Source of the DNA: Candidatus Latescibacterota bacterium
GTDB lineage: Bacteria; Latescibacterota; UBA2968; UBA8231
Assembly: GCA_965243025.1 (NCBI GenBank)
Contig: CBDETY010000003.1
Location: forward strand, 864,001-928,000
DNA length: 64,000 nucleotides
Direction: 5' to 3'
This document shows positions 37,223 through 48,000 of this stretch, in pieces (position 1 is the first letter of the stretch; each line of letters opens with the position of its first letter). Both the position numbers and the translations under genes were made by a program. A model generated the notes under the pieces. The model ran no database searches and was not told where the DNA came from. It saw only the letters and a list, made by a program, of their open reading frames with translations.

Positions 37223-39970
37223 ATGAAATTTTCAGCAAGGATCGGGGTTATTTTCTGGTCATTGACTGTCCAGGCTTCTACATTCGATTACAACCCTATC
37301 CATTCTCCTGCTAAGCTCGTCTCTTCTACAGAATACAACGTCCGGGTAATCTATTTCCTTCCAAATGATCGCACTCCGCAGGATGGAATATATGCACAGA
37401 TAGATTCCCTGGTGAAAAGCGCACAGCGGTTTTACGCTGATGAGATGGAGAGGCATGGTTTCGGAAGAAAGACATTTGAGCTGGAAACCGACGATTCCGG
37501 ACATACCGCAGTGCATCATGTCATAGGAAAGTTTGACAATTCGCACTATGGGCGAGGTACACTTTCCAAAGTGGATGAAGAAATCCCATATACCCCGAAT
37601 AATGTCGATCTAATCTGGATAGACATTGACGACGATGAGGGATTTTCGCAAATAGGGGGTGCGGGCGGGGGAGACTCGCATAGCGGAAGAGCCAGCGTGA
37701 CCGCAACCAATTTCGGTACAGCGCCCCCACTCGTTTACATCGACGCTTGGGTTGCCATTGTGCACGAACTTGGGCATGCTTTCGGATTACCTCACGACTA
37801 CCGCAGTGATCGTTACATGATGTCTTATGGAGATTTCATATTAAAGGATCAACTGTCAAAGAGTGCCGCAGAATGGCTGGATGCCCACCGCTATTTCAAT
37901 ACCGAACAAACCTCCATTGATCACCTCTTAACGGTTCAGATGCTTTCCCCGTCGCTTGAATCTCCGCCTAATTCTATCCGTCTTAACTTTTCGGTAAGAG
38001 ATCCGGATGGGCTCCACACGGCACGACTGATTACGAATTCGATAGATCCAGGAAAGGAGCAGGCAGACAAGGTACTTGATCACACATCCTTGGACGGAGA
38101 AAGGGATGCCGAGATAGAATTTGTCACAACTGAATTGGCCGCGAGAAGCCAGAATGTAGCGCTGTATGTGATGGATACATTTGGTAATTTCATCCGGACA
38201 CAATTCGAGATCGACGTTGCCTCTCTGCGGGCTACCTCGGAAACAGTGACGATACCTGATCCGGAATTAGAATCTGCTATTCGGGAAAACCTGAACTTGC
38301 CCTCCGGATCTATAACCCAGCTTGATATCCTGGATCTTACTACTCTAGCCGCATCCAATTACCGTATAAAGGATCTCACCGGACTTGAACACGCAACGAA
38401 TCTGAAGTATCTGGATCTGAATGAGAATCAGATTAGCGACCTCAGCCCCTTAAATGAGTTAGTACGCCTAAGATCCATTCTGGTAATCAGGAATCAAATC
38501 ACCGATTTGATTCCCCTTTCCGACTTGACTGAATTGAGTGAGTTATGGGCCTGGGACAATCAGATTAACGATATCGCTCCTCTCTCGAAATTGACCTATT
38601 TGACCAATTTGCAGGTGGGTGGCAATCAGGTTGAGGATCTTTCCCCCCTGGACGGATTGACGAAAATACGCATCTTGGGTCTGCAGTATAATCGAATTCG
38701 CGATATCACTTCCCTTGCACGCCTTCCCTTATTGGGCGAACTCTTTCTAATGGGAAACCAGATTGAAGATTTAACCTCACTCTCTGGATTGGGCTATCTA
38801 GAGGAATTGGGCCTGGCGGGAAATCCGGTTTCCGATACTTCTCCGCTTCGCGGACCACTGCGTCGGTATCCAGATATGGAAATTGACGTCGAGGTCACGC
38901 TGCTTTTGTTGGTCAAGATATCCGGGGATGAACAAGAAGGATCGTCGGGGACTACGTTGGCCAATCCCTTGGTTGTGGAAGTTTGGGACCTGTACGACAA
39001 TCCTTTGCCTGATGAGACGGTCACCTTTTCAATTGACGCCGGAGGCGGTACCCTGTCTGAAACCACCGCTACCACCGACATCGACGGCCGGGCTTCCACT
39101 ACCCTGACCCTGGGGCGCGATCCCGGAAGGAATACCGTGGTCGCAAGGGTTGCCGAGTTGAAGCCGGTGGTTTTCAGCGCAACCGGACTGGCCATTCCCA
39201 CCACCCTTGCCAAAGTCTCGGGCGACGAGAAGCAGGGAGCGGCCGGTTCCGCCCTGGCCGACCCGTTTGTCGTCGAGGTTCGAGACCAGAACAACGATCC
39301 GCTTGTAGGAGCCGAGGTCACCTTCGCGGTCACCGCTGGCGGCGGGACGCTATCTGCAACAACGGCCACCACCGATGCTGACGGCCGCGCTGCCGCCACT
39401 CTCACCCTGAGAGTGCCCGGAGCCAACACCGTAACCGCATCCGTGGAGGGCCTCGCCCCAGTGACCTTCACCGCCACCGCAAAGGTTTCCACCGACTTCG
39501 ACGGAGACGGCGAGACCGACTTCAGCGACTTCTTCCTCTTCGCAGACGCCTTCGGCAGCAGCGACCCCCGCTTCGACCTCGACGGCAGCGGCAGCGTCGA
39601 CTTCGCCGACTTCTTCCTGCTGGCCGACCACTTCTCCGATCCTGCCCGCGGCAAGCTGCTGGCCATGGCTCGGGAGATGATCGGACTGCCCGACGGCCCC
39701 CAGCTGCAGCAGAACGCCCCCAATCCGTTCAACAGCCAGACCGTGATTTCCTGGTTTCTGCTGCGGCCGGGAACGGCACGGGTGGAGGTGTTTGCCCTGA
39801 CCGGGCAGCGGGTGGCGGTCTTGCATCAGGGCCCGAAGAAGGCCGGCGTCCACCGCGTGCACTGGAATGGCCGCGACGACCGGGGTCGCCCCCTTGCCAG
39901 CGGGGTCTATCTCTACCGGCTGGTTACAAACGAGAACGTTCAGACGCGCAAGCTCACCCTGCTGAGATAG
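37223..39970 (+). CDS. Secreted metzincin-like metalloprotease + internalin-type LRR + 2 Big_1 Ig + EF-hand pair + FlgD-Ig
   Basis: HELGHAFGLPHD...MSYG; IPDPELESAIRE cap and LxLxxNQIxDLxPL repeats; KISGDEQ Ig units; DFDGDG loops; NAPNPFN tail. Confidence 0.9.
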   Translation: MKFSARIGVIFWSLTVQASTFDYNPIHSPAKLVSSTEYNVRVIYFLPNDRTPQDGIYAQIDSLVKSAQRFYADEMERHGFGRKTFELETDDSGHTAVHHVIGKFDNSHYGRGTLSKVDEEIPYTPNNVDLIWIDIDDDEGFSQIGGAGGGDSHSGRASVTATNFGTAPPLVYIDAWVAIVHELGHAFGLPHDYRSDRYMMSYGDFILKDQLSKSAAEWLDAHRYFNTEQTSIDHLLTVQMLSPSLESPPNSIRLNFSVRDPDGLHTARLITNSIDPGKEQADKVLDHTSLDGERDAEIEFVTTELAARSQNVALYVMDTFGNFIRTQFEIDVASLRATSETVTIPDPELESAIRENLNLPSGSITQLDILDLTTLAASNYRIKDLTGLEHATNLKYLDLNENQISDLSPLNELVRLRSILVIRNQITDLIPLSDLTELSELWAWDNQINDIAPLSKLTYLTNLQVGGNQVEDLSPLDGLTKIRILGLQYNRIRDITSLARLPLLGELFLMGNQIEDLTSLSGLGYLEELGLAGNPVSDTSPLRGPLRRYPDMEIDVEVTLLLLVKISGDEQEGSSGTTLANPLVVEVWDLYDNPLPDETVTFSIDAGGGTLSETTATTDIDGRASTTLTLGRDPGRNTVVARVAELKPVVFSATGLAIPTTLAKVSGDEKQGAAGSALADPFVVEVRDQNNDPLVGAEVTFAVTAGGGTLSATTATTDADGRAAATLTLRVPGANTVTASVEGLAPVTFTATAKVSTDFDGDGETDFSDFFLFADAFGSSDPRFDLDGSGSVDFADFFLLADHFSDPARGKLLAMAREMIGLPDGPQLQQNAPNPFNSQTVISWFLLRPGTARVEVFALTGQRVAVLHQGPKKAGVHRVHWNGRDDRGRPLASGVYLYRLVTNENVQTRKLTLLR

Positions 39971-40025
39971 CTCTATTTTCTCACCCCGCCCAACCCCCCT
40001 TTTATTTGGCCAAATTTCCAGTGCT

Positions 40026-40630
40026 CCTATCGCCACCCTTGAAGGCCAAATGTCTGGGATCCTTTCGGTATCGCTTTCGCCCGATGGCGCCACCCTTGCT
40101 TTCGGATCAGGGGATGGTACGATTCTGTTGTGGGACGTGGCCGAGTTGACTGAGCTCCGCCCACTCGCCCTGGAGATCATCTCCGGGGGACGAGCAGCAG
40201 GGGCCGGCCGGTTCCGCGTTGGGCCAGCCGTTTGTCGTCTTGGTGCCGGACCAGAACGGGGCCATGTATCCGGGGCCACCGTCACTTCGAAATCACCTCC
40301 GGCGACGGGACCCTGACCCTGGGGCGCGAACCGGAGACCGTCACCGTGGTGGCGACCGTGGCCGGCTTCGGTCCCGTGACCTTCACCGCAACCGCCAAGG
40401 CGACCCCCGACCTCGACGGCGACGGCGAGACTGGCTTCTCCGACTTTTCCTGCTGGCCGACGCCTTGCGGCAGCGACCCCCGCATCGACCTCGACGGCAG
40501 GGGCACCAGTCGACTTCTCCGGCTTCTCTTCGCCGACCAATTCGCGGATCCGGCAAGGGGCATTCTGCTGGCCCTGGCCCGGGAACGGCTCGGACTGCAG
40601 GACGAACCGTAGTCTGCAGCAGAACGCCCC
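40026..40630 (+). pseudogene. Decayed WD40 + Big_1 + EF-hand gene fragment
   Basis: One WD40 repeat, IISG, TLGREP, DLDGDGETGFSDF, ending at CTGCAGCAGAACGCCCCC; several frameshifts. Confidence 0.8.
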
Positions 40631-40647
40631 CCCGGGCTGCCCTCCCC

Positions 40648-40752
40648 CCTCGTAGTTCCGTAGCCGCACTTCGACCAGGGCAGTTCCTGAATCTCCCAGA
40701 CATACTCCATCTGATTGACCCCAGCAGCAACTGGCTTGCAGACCCAGAGGAT
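40648..40752 (-). repeat. Degenerate dispersed repeat, copy B
   Basis: CCTCGTAGTTCCGTAGCCG also at 42452-42470; GGGCAGTTCCTGAATCTCCCA also at 24534-24554. Confidence 0.7.
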
Positions 40753-40961
40753 CACCTCCCTCGATCAGGGGGGCAACCTCCTGACCGCCTGTTCTGTCAG
40801 TACGAAGCTGGCCCCAGCGCCGCGGCCCCGAACACGCGACGCCCTTTTCTCCGGGAACCGCCTGCCTCAGCGGGGCGTTGCTGTTAGTGGCCTCGACGTA
40901 CACCGAGGGGGGTTTACTTGTGGGTAGTCCGAATCCCTTCATCAAAAAAAGGAGGTGCATC

Positions 40962-41606
40962 ATGCGCCGGATTCTCTCCTCTCTTTTGCTTTTTTTCCTT
41001 TTCGCCCTGCCGCTTACTGCTCAGGACGGCGCTCTTACCGGCAGTTGGGAAACGAACTTCACCGAGCCGGAAGTCGGCGACATCACCATTCGCCTGACCT
41101 TCGAGGAGGGCGGCGGTTTCCAGCTCGATCAGGTCATTACGGCATCGGATGATTTCCTGGCCGAAGCCGGAGACGCGGCTCCCCCCATAGAGGAGTTCAC
41201 CGCTCAGGGCACCGGCACCTACCGGGTCGAGGGGGACAGCCTTTTTGCCGACCTGACCAAACTGAGCATGTACGTCGACGGTCGTGACTTCGTCGAGGTC
41301 ATGACCGAGTTCGCCCGCGCCTTCGCCCGTATCGCCGCGGACCTCGGGGGAGTCTCCGATGAGGAGTACCCGGCCTTCGAGCAGGCGGCGGTCGAAGAGT
41401 TCCTGGCGGGGTTCAACCCAGAGGAGGAGTTTCTCGGCGATTTCACCGGGAACCTCGGCACCTACCGCATCGACGGCGACATCCTGTCGATCACCACCAC
41501 CCCGGTAGATGGCGAGGCCGAAACCGTAGAGCTGATGCGCATCGATTCGTCCACAGCCGTCGCCTCAACCACCTGGGGCAACCTGAAAGCGGATATGCGC
41601 CTGTAA
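40962..41606 (+). CDS. Secreted acidic protein with C-terminal TTWGxxK motif
   Basis: AGGAGG SD; signal peptide; ALTGSW; ends STAVASTTWGNLKADMRL. Confidence 0.85.
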   Translation: MRRILSSLLLFFLFALPLTAQDGALTGSWETNFTEPEVGDITIRLTFEEGGGFQLDQVITASDDFLAEAGDAAPPIEEFTAQGTGTYRVEGDSLFADLTKLSMYVDGRDFVEVMTEFARAFARIAADLGGVSDEEYPAFEQAAVEEFLAGFNPEEEFLGDFTGNLGTYRIDGDILSITTTPVDGEAETVELMRIDSSTAVASTTWGNLKADMRL

Positions 41607-41699
41607 GCGCGCGCCCGGCTGCGACTGATTGCCCGATTCCCCAGGCAAAACCAGGAATCCTTCAGATGGAGCCTGCCTGTCTTCTTTCAGGCGGATCTC

Positions 41700-42510
41700 G
41701 AAAGACCATGCCACGGAGGAAACCGAGGCAGATCGCTCGAGGGCCTGCACGAAACCCAAGGCGATGCCGATCTCCTCCTCGGCGAAGCCCTTACCGACGA
41801 GAAACAGAGCCATCAGGTCGATCCCTTGCAGAAAATTCCGCCAGCTTGCGGGATTCCCTCGCGCAGACCGCAGGTCCTGAACCGTCCAGATAAACGCACG
41901 GATGAGGGGTCCCGAGTTGTCTCCACGCCGGGTTCGACCCCTTCCGGCAAATTTCCCACATGGGAAAAATCGGCTGCCGTGAGATCTGCATCGGTCACCA
42001 GCAGGCCCTGTTTCCTGGTGACGCCGACGGCCTCGGCTCTTCTCGTCTTTGAAGATTTCCTACCGCGTGCAACACCGTCTGAGTATCTGCTGCAGGTTAC
42101 TGCCCCTGCGGCTCTGATTTCGTCACGCCCATAGCTCGGTCTTTCCAGCCTCTTCGTTGAGCCGCTTCCCCGAGTTCGTTCAGTTCTGCTCCCCGACCTT
42201 CTCCTCATACCTCAAAACCCGATCTCCTGCCCTCCGAGAATCCTCCGATGGCCACTTGCCCTGTCTTCCCCCAGCACCGGTTTCGGGAACCATGTTGGAG
42301 GAGAAAGCGGAGGCAAATTCTTCGACGTCCTGCTACGGAAACCCCAAACGATGGAGGGATCTCGTCGGCGAGGCCCTTGCCGTCAGAAGTAGTGCCTCAG
42401 GTCGATCCTTGCAGAAATTCCCTCAGCTTGCAAGGTACCCTCGCCGCAGGACCTCGTAGTTCCGTAGCCGTGCCTCGACGCAGCCGTTCCTGGAATCTCT
42501 CGGATACCCC
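41700..42510 (-). repeat. Degenerate dispersed repeat, copies C (~41700-41875) and D (~42285-42510)
   Basis: TCAGGTCGATCC(C)TTGCAGAAA(A)TTCC..CAGCTTGC shared by both and by copy A. Confidence 0.65.
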
Positions 42511-43224
42511 GGGGATTGCCGCTTCAGAACCTTTGCCCCTCCGCGTCCTCTGGATTATCCGCAGACCGGCGTCTTCTTCTTACGCCTCGGGATCGTAGCG
42601 CGACTCCGTTCGCCGATTGCCGGGGACCGACCTACAAAGACCGGACCCCGGCTCCAGCTCGAAGGGGATCGGCTGGATGCTCATCCCTCTTGAATCGGGC
42701 CTTCCTGCACCCCCCGCCGTTCTCTTCGCTCTCCTTGTCCCTGCCGCCCTCTGCCCTCTGCAGAAACTAAAGTTTACCGCCGCCCTTACGGGGTTTTTCG
42801 AATCTCCAGAAAGATGGCTCTCCTGGATCAGATGTAATTTCTCGTTCGAGGGATGCCGGGCAAACGGCTGAGCTATCGGGATCTGCTGGCGACGGAGATT
42901 CCTCCGGTTCCCTTCACGCACCACCGGTCGGAGGAAAGGGCGAAGCTTTTCGAGTAGTCGGCAAGGTGAAATCAACGACCGCTGCGCATAGCCGGCCGAA
43001 CCGAGTCTGTGGATGGAGTGCGGCGGAATCTTCTCAAATGGTCAGCAAGGTAAGATGACCTGCTGCCCCGGGGCTCCAGTCAGCATCACCGGTCGATCCG
43101 GGTAGGAGATCCAGCTTGCCTTGCCAACTTGTCGACCAAACGGAATGATTTCCTGCTCACCTCATCGAGATCAGAGAAGGAGGCCCCGGTTCCCTCCTCG
43201 ATCAAGACCGGTGGCCTTCTCCGA

Positions 43225-43504
43225 TCCATGGTGCCGCGTCACCCTGGCCGGCCGGGCCCTGAATCTGACCGCCTCCGAATACGACCTGCTCTTCGAGCTG
43301 TCCGTCAACGCAGGACGGGTGGTCACCTACAACCAGCTGCTGAGAAGGGTATGGGGCCCGGCCCACTCCGCGGATCTGGGGGTGGTACGCGCCTTGGTAA
43401 GAAGACTCCGAAGAAAGCTCAACGACGACGGCGCCCACCCCGCCTACCTGTTTGTAGAGCGACGCGTCGGCTACTTCATGCCCGAAGGACAGCATCCGGA
43501 GTAA
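43225..43504 (+). pseudogene. OmpR/PhoB-type winged-helix C-terminal domain remnant
   Basis: LTASEYDLLFEL...GRVVTYNQLLRRVWG...VRRLRRKL...RRVGY; no receiver domain or credible start. Confidence 0.8.
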
Positions 43505-43739
43505 CCGCCCCTGTTGGGGGGATCTCGTCCCTTCACCCCCCACTCCTTTCGACTGCGTTTCACATCCTCTTTCCCGGTAGGGTCTGACTCCCTGGGGAAA
43601 GAGATCACCCGTCGGGCCGGTAGGCTTGGCCCCGACGAGTCCCCTTTCACAAAAAGTTATGTGTTTATCATACAAATTGGGGAAAGTATCATCCTGAAGT
43701 CATTTTAATTTGAGTACTTTTGAACCCTTCCTGAGGGCT

Positions 43740-43771
43740 AAATGAAGTGTCCACGAAATCGGGTTACTCCA
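43740..43771 (-). mobile_element. Solo IS3 left-end fragment
   Basis: AAATGAAGTGTCCACGAAATCGGGTTACTCCA nearly identical to 26406-26438; no transposase attached. Confidence 0.85.
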
Positions 43772-43819
43772 GCACAAACCATGCGCCGGAGACCCTCCTC
43801 GGCCGGTTCTAATGAAAAG

Positions 43820-43882
43820 GGACGGCCATTGTCCGCCTTGGATTTTTTTTGACCTGGTGAATACAACAGACACCCCCTGTCC
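43820..43882. promoter_or_regulatory. Two GAC-N7-GTC palindromes (candidate WYL operators) around a possible promoter
   Basis: GGAC-GGCCATT-GTCC (43820-43834) and GACA-CCCCC-TGTC (43869-43881) flank TTGGAT-N18-TACAAC. Confidence 0.5.
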
Positions 43883-43918
43883 CCTTTGGAACTCATCCTT
43901 ATCGGGGGAGGGGAAACC

Positions 43919-44902
43919 ATGCTCATGTCAGATGCGATCCACAAAGCGGATCGGCTCGAACAGATCAAGGTACTGTTCCCCCGGAAGCCCGAAGGGGTGG
44001 GAACCGGGGAAATCGCCAGGCTGTTGGGGGTGAGCCAACGGACGGCCCGGCGCTATGTGAAGGAGCTGTCGGAGCGGGGACGGCTCCCGGTATACCGGGA
44101 GGGCCGCGTCTGGAGGCTGGTGGAAGGCGGGCACATCGACCTTCGCATCCAGCTGAACCTCGACGAGGCCCTCTCGCTCTACCTGGCGGCGCGGATGCTG
44201 TCGGCCTGCAGCGACAAGCACAATCCCCATGTGGTCGCGTCCCTGCTCAAGCTCGCCGCAACCCTGCCCGACGCCATCGGGGAGCACGTCGAGCAGGCGG
44301 CGGTGGCTGTTTCCCAGAGGCGGCTTGCCCCGGACTACCTGAAAGTTCTGGAAGGCCTTACCCGGGCATGGGCGGGCAGGAGGCAGGTACAGCTGGTCTA
44401 TCGCGATCCCATCACCGGGGAGCGCTCCGAGCGCCTGTTCGATCCCTTCTTCATCGAGCCCTCCTTCGTGGGCTATTCCTGTTACGTGTTCGGGTTCGAT
44501 CACTTCCGCCAGGCCATCCGCTCATTCAAGGTCGAACGGCTGGAAGATGTAGAGGTGCTCGATACCCGCTTCGAGCCTCTGCCTGATTTCGACCCCTGCG
44601 ACTACCTCAAGCACTCCTGGGGAATCAGGGGCGGCGACGAGGTAGTGGAAGTGAAGCTGCGCTTTTCCAGAAACGCGGTCTATCGGGTGAATGAATCGGA
44701 CTGGCCCGGGGTCGTGGCCCACGAGGAAGACGGGGATGGACGCTGTACGCTGACGTTCCTGGTCAATCACGTCCTGGAAATCAAGTCCTGGATCAGGGCA
44801 TGGGGACCGGAGTGCGAGCTGCTGTCCCCGGAGGAATTGCGCCGGGAGATCGGGGAGGAGATGAAGGCGGCGAGGGAACTGTATGCAGACAACGAGGAAT
44901 GA
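43919..44902 (+). CDS. WYL-domain transcriptional regulator (wHTH + WYL + WCX)
   Basis: EIARLLGVSQRTARRYV HTH; YVFGFD...RSFKVERL WYL core; WIRAWGPECELLSPEELR WCX; GGAGG SD. Confidence 0.93.
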   Translation: MLMSDAIHKADRLEQIKVLFPRKPEGVGTGEIARLLGVSQRTARRYVKELSERGRLPVYREGRVWRLVEGGHIDLRIQLNLDEALSLYLAARMLSACSDKHNPHVVASLLKLAATLPDAIGEHVEQAAVAVSQRRLAPDYLKVLEGLTRAWAGRRQVQLVYRDPITGERSERLFDPFFIEPSFVGYSCYVFGFDHFRQAIRSFKVERLEDVEVLDTRFEPLPDFDPCDYLKHSWGIRGGDEVVEVKLRFSRNAVYRVNESDWPGVVAHEEDGDGRCTLTFLVNHVLEIKSWIRAWGPECELLSPEELRREIGEEMKAARELYADNEE

Positions 44903-45081
44903 TCGAAATCGGCGTCGGTGGGCGTGCCCGCCACCCTGGAAACAAGCGGCGATGCGCCATGGATCCGTGACTGTCGAATAACCCGCTCCTGCCTTTCGAA
45001 ACCGCAAGGCAGGACTGAAAACTCTTCTGCCATTTACGCAGCAGATATCCCGAAAGGGCACATGCACGGGGAACTGACCTC

Positions 45082-48000
45082 ATGAAGGTTGCGATCGGCT
45101 GTCTCGTATGGTTGTTGTCGAGCCTGCAGGCGGAAGCCGAGTCCTTGGTCGAGGGCCGGGTGAGGCTGGTTTCGGGAGACCCCGCCGCCGGGGCTCAGGT
45201 GCTGCTGTTCGATCTGGCCGACCTGCGCCTGGCGCCGGCGGCGGCGACGACGGACGAGGCGGGGTACTTCGCCCTGCCATTCGGGGGATTGCGGGGAGGG
45301 GTGCCGGTCCTGCCGGAGCGGTTCGAGCTGGGCCACAACTACCCCAATCCGTTCAATCCCTCCACCGTCATCCCCTACCAGCTGCCGGCCCCGACCCGGG
45401 TGCGGCTGGAGATCTTCAACATCCTCGGACAGCGGGTGACGACCCTGGTCGACGGGGAACGTCCGTCCGGTTTTCACACCGCCCGCTGGAACGCCACCGA
45501 TGCGTCGGGGCGGGCGGTGGCCGCCGGAGTCTACTTCTACCGGCTGAAAGGGGACGGGGTGCACCTGACCCGGCGCATGGTGTTGATCGACGGGCAGGCC
45601 GGGATTCCTTCGGCCCGGGGAAGCGGTCCATCCACCGCAGCCGGGGAGGCGGTGGAAACGCCCCCGGTGGCCGGGTTGACGGTCTCGGGAGAGGGGCTTG
45701 TCCCCTACCTCGACCCCGCCTTCCGGGTAGAGCCTGGAATGGCGCCCGTGGAGGTTGTCGTCGAAGCCCTGGGCGGGCTCCGGCATGGGAAGGTGGCCTC
45801 CAGCGGAATCCTGGGGGACGTCGACAACAACAGCCGGGTCGACATTTTCGACGCCCTGCTGGTTGCCGTGTACAGCGCCAATCCCAGCCTCGTCATGCCG
45901 AACAACGGGGATATAACCCTCGGCGACGTCAACCGGGACGGCCGCACGGATCTCACCGACGCCTACCACATCGCCACCTACACAGTCGATTCCTCCGATC
46001 CGGGGTTGCCTGCGGGAATCGGAGCGGCCGCTGCACAGCAGCCGCAACAGCCCCCGCCGACAGGGGCGGCAGCTTCCAAGCTGTACTGGAGCGACTGGGG
46101 CACCGACAAGATTCAGCGAGCCGACCTCGACGGCTCCAATGTCGAAGACCTGGTAACAGGCGCCGGACTGAATGGTCCCGACGGTCTGGCCCTGGACGAG
46201 GCGGGAGGCAAGATCTACTGGACCGACGCGGGCACGAACAAGATCCAGCGGGCCAACCTCGACGGCTCCGGGGTCGAAGACCTCGTCACGGGCCTGGGAA
46301 TTCCATACGGACTGTCGCTCGATGTGACCAGCGACAAGATGTACTGGACGAATCGGCAGACGGGCAAGATCCAGCGGGCCAACCTCGACGGCTCCGGGGT
46401 CGAAGACCTGGTCACCAGTGGTTTGACTTTCCCCGGCGCGCTGGCCCTCGACGTAGGCGGCGGAAAGATGTACTGGACGAATTCAGGCGCTCGGAAGATT
46501 CAGCGGGCCAACCTGAACGGCACCCATGTCGAGGATCTGATCACCAGCGGGCTGAGCAGTCCCACCGGGCTGGCCCTGGACGCAGCCGGGGGCAAGATGT
46601 ACTGGACCGACCGGGGCACGGACAAGGTTCAGCGGGCCAACCTGAGCGGCACCCATGTCGAGGACCTCGTCACCAGCGGCTTGAGCAGTCCCAATGGCCT
46701 GGCACTCGACGTGGCCGGGGGCAAGATGTACTGGGCGGACGAGCGTACGAGCAAGGTCCAGCGGGCCAACCTCGACGGCTCCGGCGTGGAAGATCTCCTC
46801 ACCAGCGCCGACGGACTGATCGATCCTTCGGGGGTAGCCCTGGGGGTCGACAGCCAGTCCGGTTCCGGCCCGTCCCAAGGAACAGGTGGAGGGGGCGGCG
46901 GCAATGCCCCCGACCTGGTCGTCGAGGCCCCTACGGTGAGCACCAGCAGCCCGGCCGCCGGCGCTTCCTTCACCCTGAGGGCCAGAGTCCGCAACCAGGG
47001 AAACGATCGGTCCAGCTCGACCACCCTGCGCTACTACCGCTCCACCGACGCGACGGTCTCCACCAGCGACACCGAGGTCGGCACCGACCCGGTCGGCAGC
47101 CTGTCCGCCTCCCGCACCAGTTCCGAATCGATCAGCCTGCGGGCTCCCTCCAGCACCGGCACCTACTACTACGGCGCCTGCGTCCAGAGCGTCACCGGAG
47201 AAACCAATACCGGAAACAACTGCTCCGCGACCGTGAGCGTTACCATAGGCGGCGCAACACAGACCCGGACGGCGTTTGAATCATCCAACCCATCCGGTTA
47301 CACCCGAATAACTCTGGACGATGGGGGTCGGGTTTGGGGAGTTCCTACAAAATTCACCACTGATTCCAACACCGGTACCGTGGCATATATGGTGCTTGGA
47401 AGCCTGAAGGGATGCGCCTTTGCAAATGCAGAAGCCGACGGACAGAGAATAGCCTACGTCAAGACCCAGTCATTGGGACGCCTGTCGAATTATGGGTCCG
47501 ACACGGTTTGCCGTAAGGCCAGTAGTCAGTGGTCGTCTTCCTGGAATGGGCTTCGAATAACACATATCCGGTTTTTCGACGAAAGCAGTCCCACCAATGT
47601 CAGTGAGGCTGTCTACAATGCTTCAACCGGTCAAATTGAGCTTGGTGGAGGCGGTGGTAATAATGGCGGTGGTGGCACCGCCCCGTCCCCCGACTTGGTC
47701 GTCGATGCCCCTGCGGTCAGCAACTCCAGCCCGACCGCAGGCGCTTCATTCACCCTGAGGGCCACGGTACGCAACCAGGGGACCGGCCGGTCGGGCTCGA
47801 CCACCCTGCGCTACTACCGCTCGACCGACGCGGCGATTTCCACCAGCGACACCGAAGTCGGCACCGACCCGGTCAGCACCCTGTCCGCCTCTCGCACCAG
47901 CTCCGAGTCGATCTTCCTTTCCGCCCCATCGAATGCCGACACCTACTACTACGGAGCCTGCGTCGAGAGCGTCAGCGATGAGAGCGATACCGGAAACAAC

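Noticed and set aside
42520-43200. Short ORFs in the region before the OmpR remnant
   Set aside because: No SD, motif or consistent frame; appears to be decayed sequence.
44987-45014. Hairpin TCCTGCCTT/AAGGCAGGA after the WYL gene as a terminator
   Set aside because: No U-tract follows; left uncalled.
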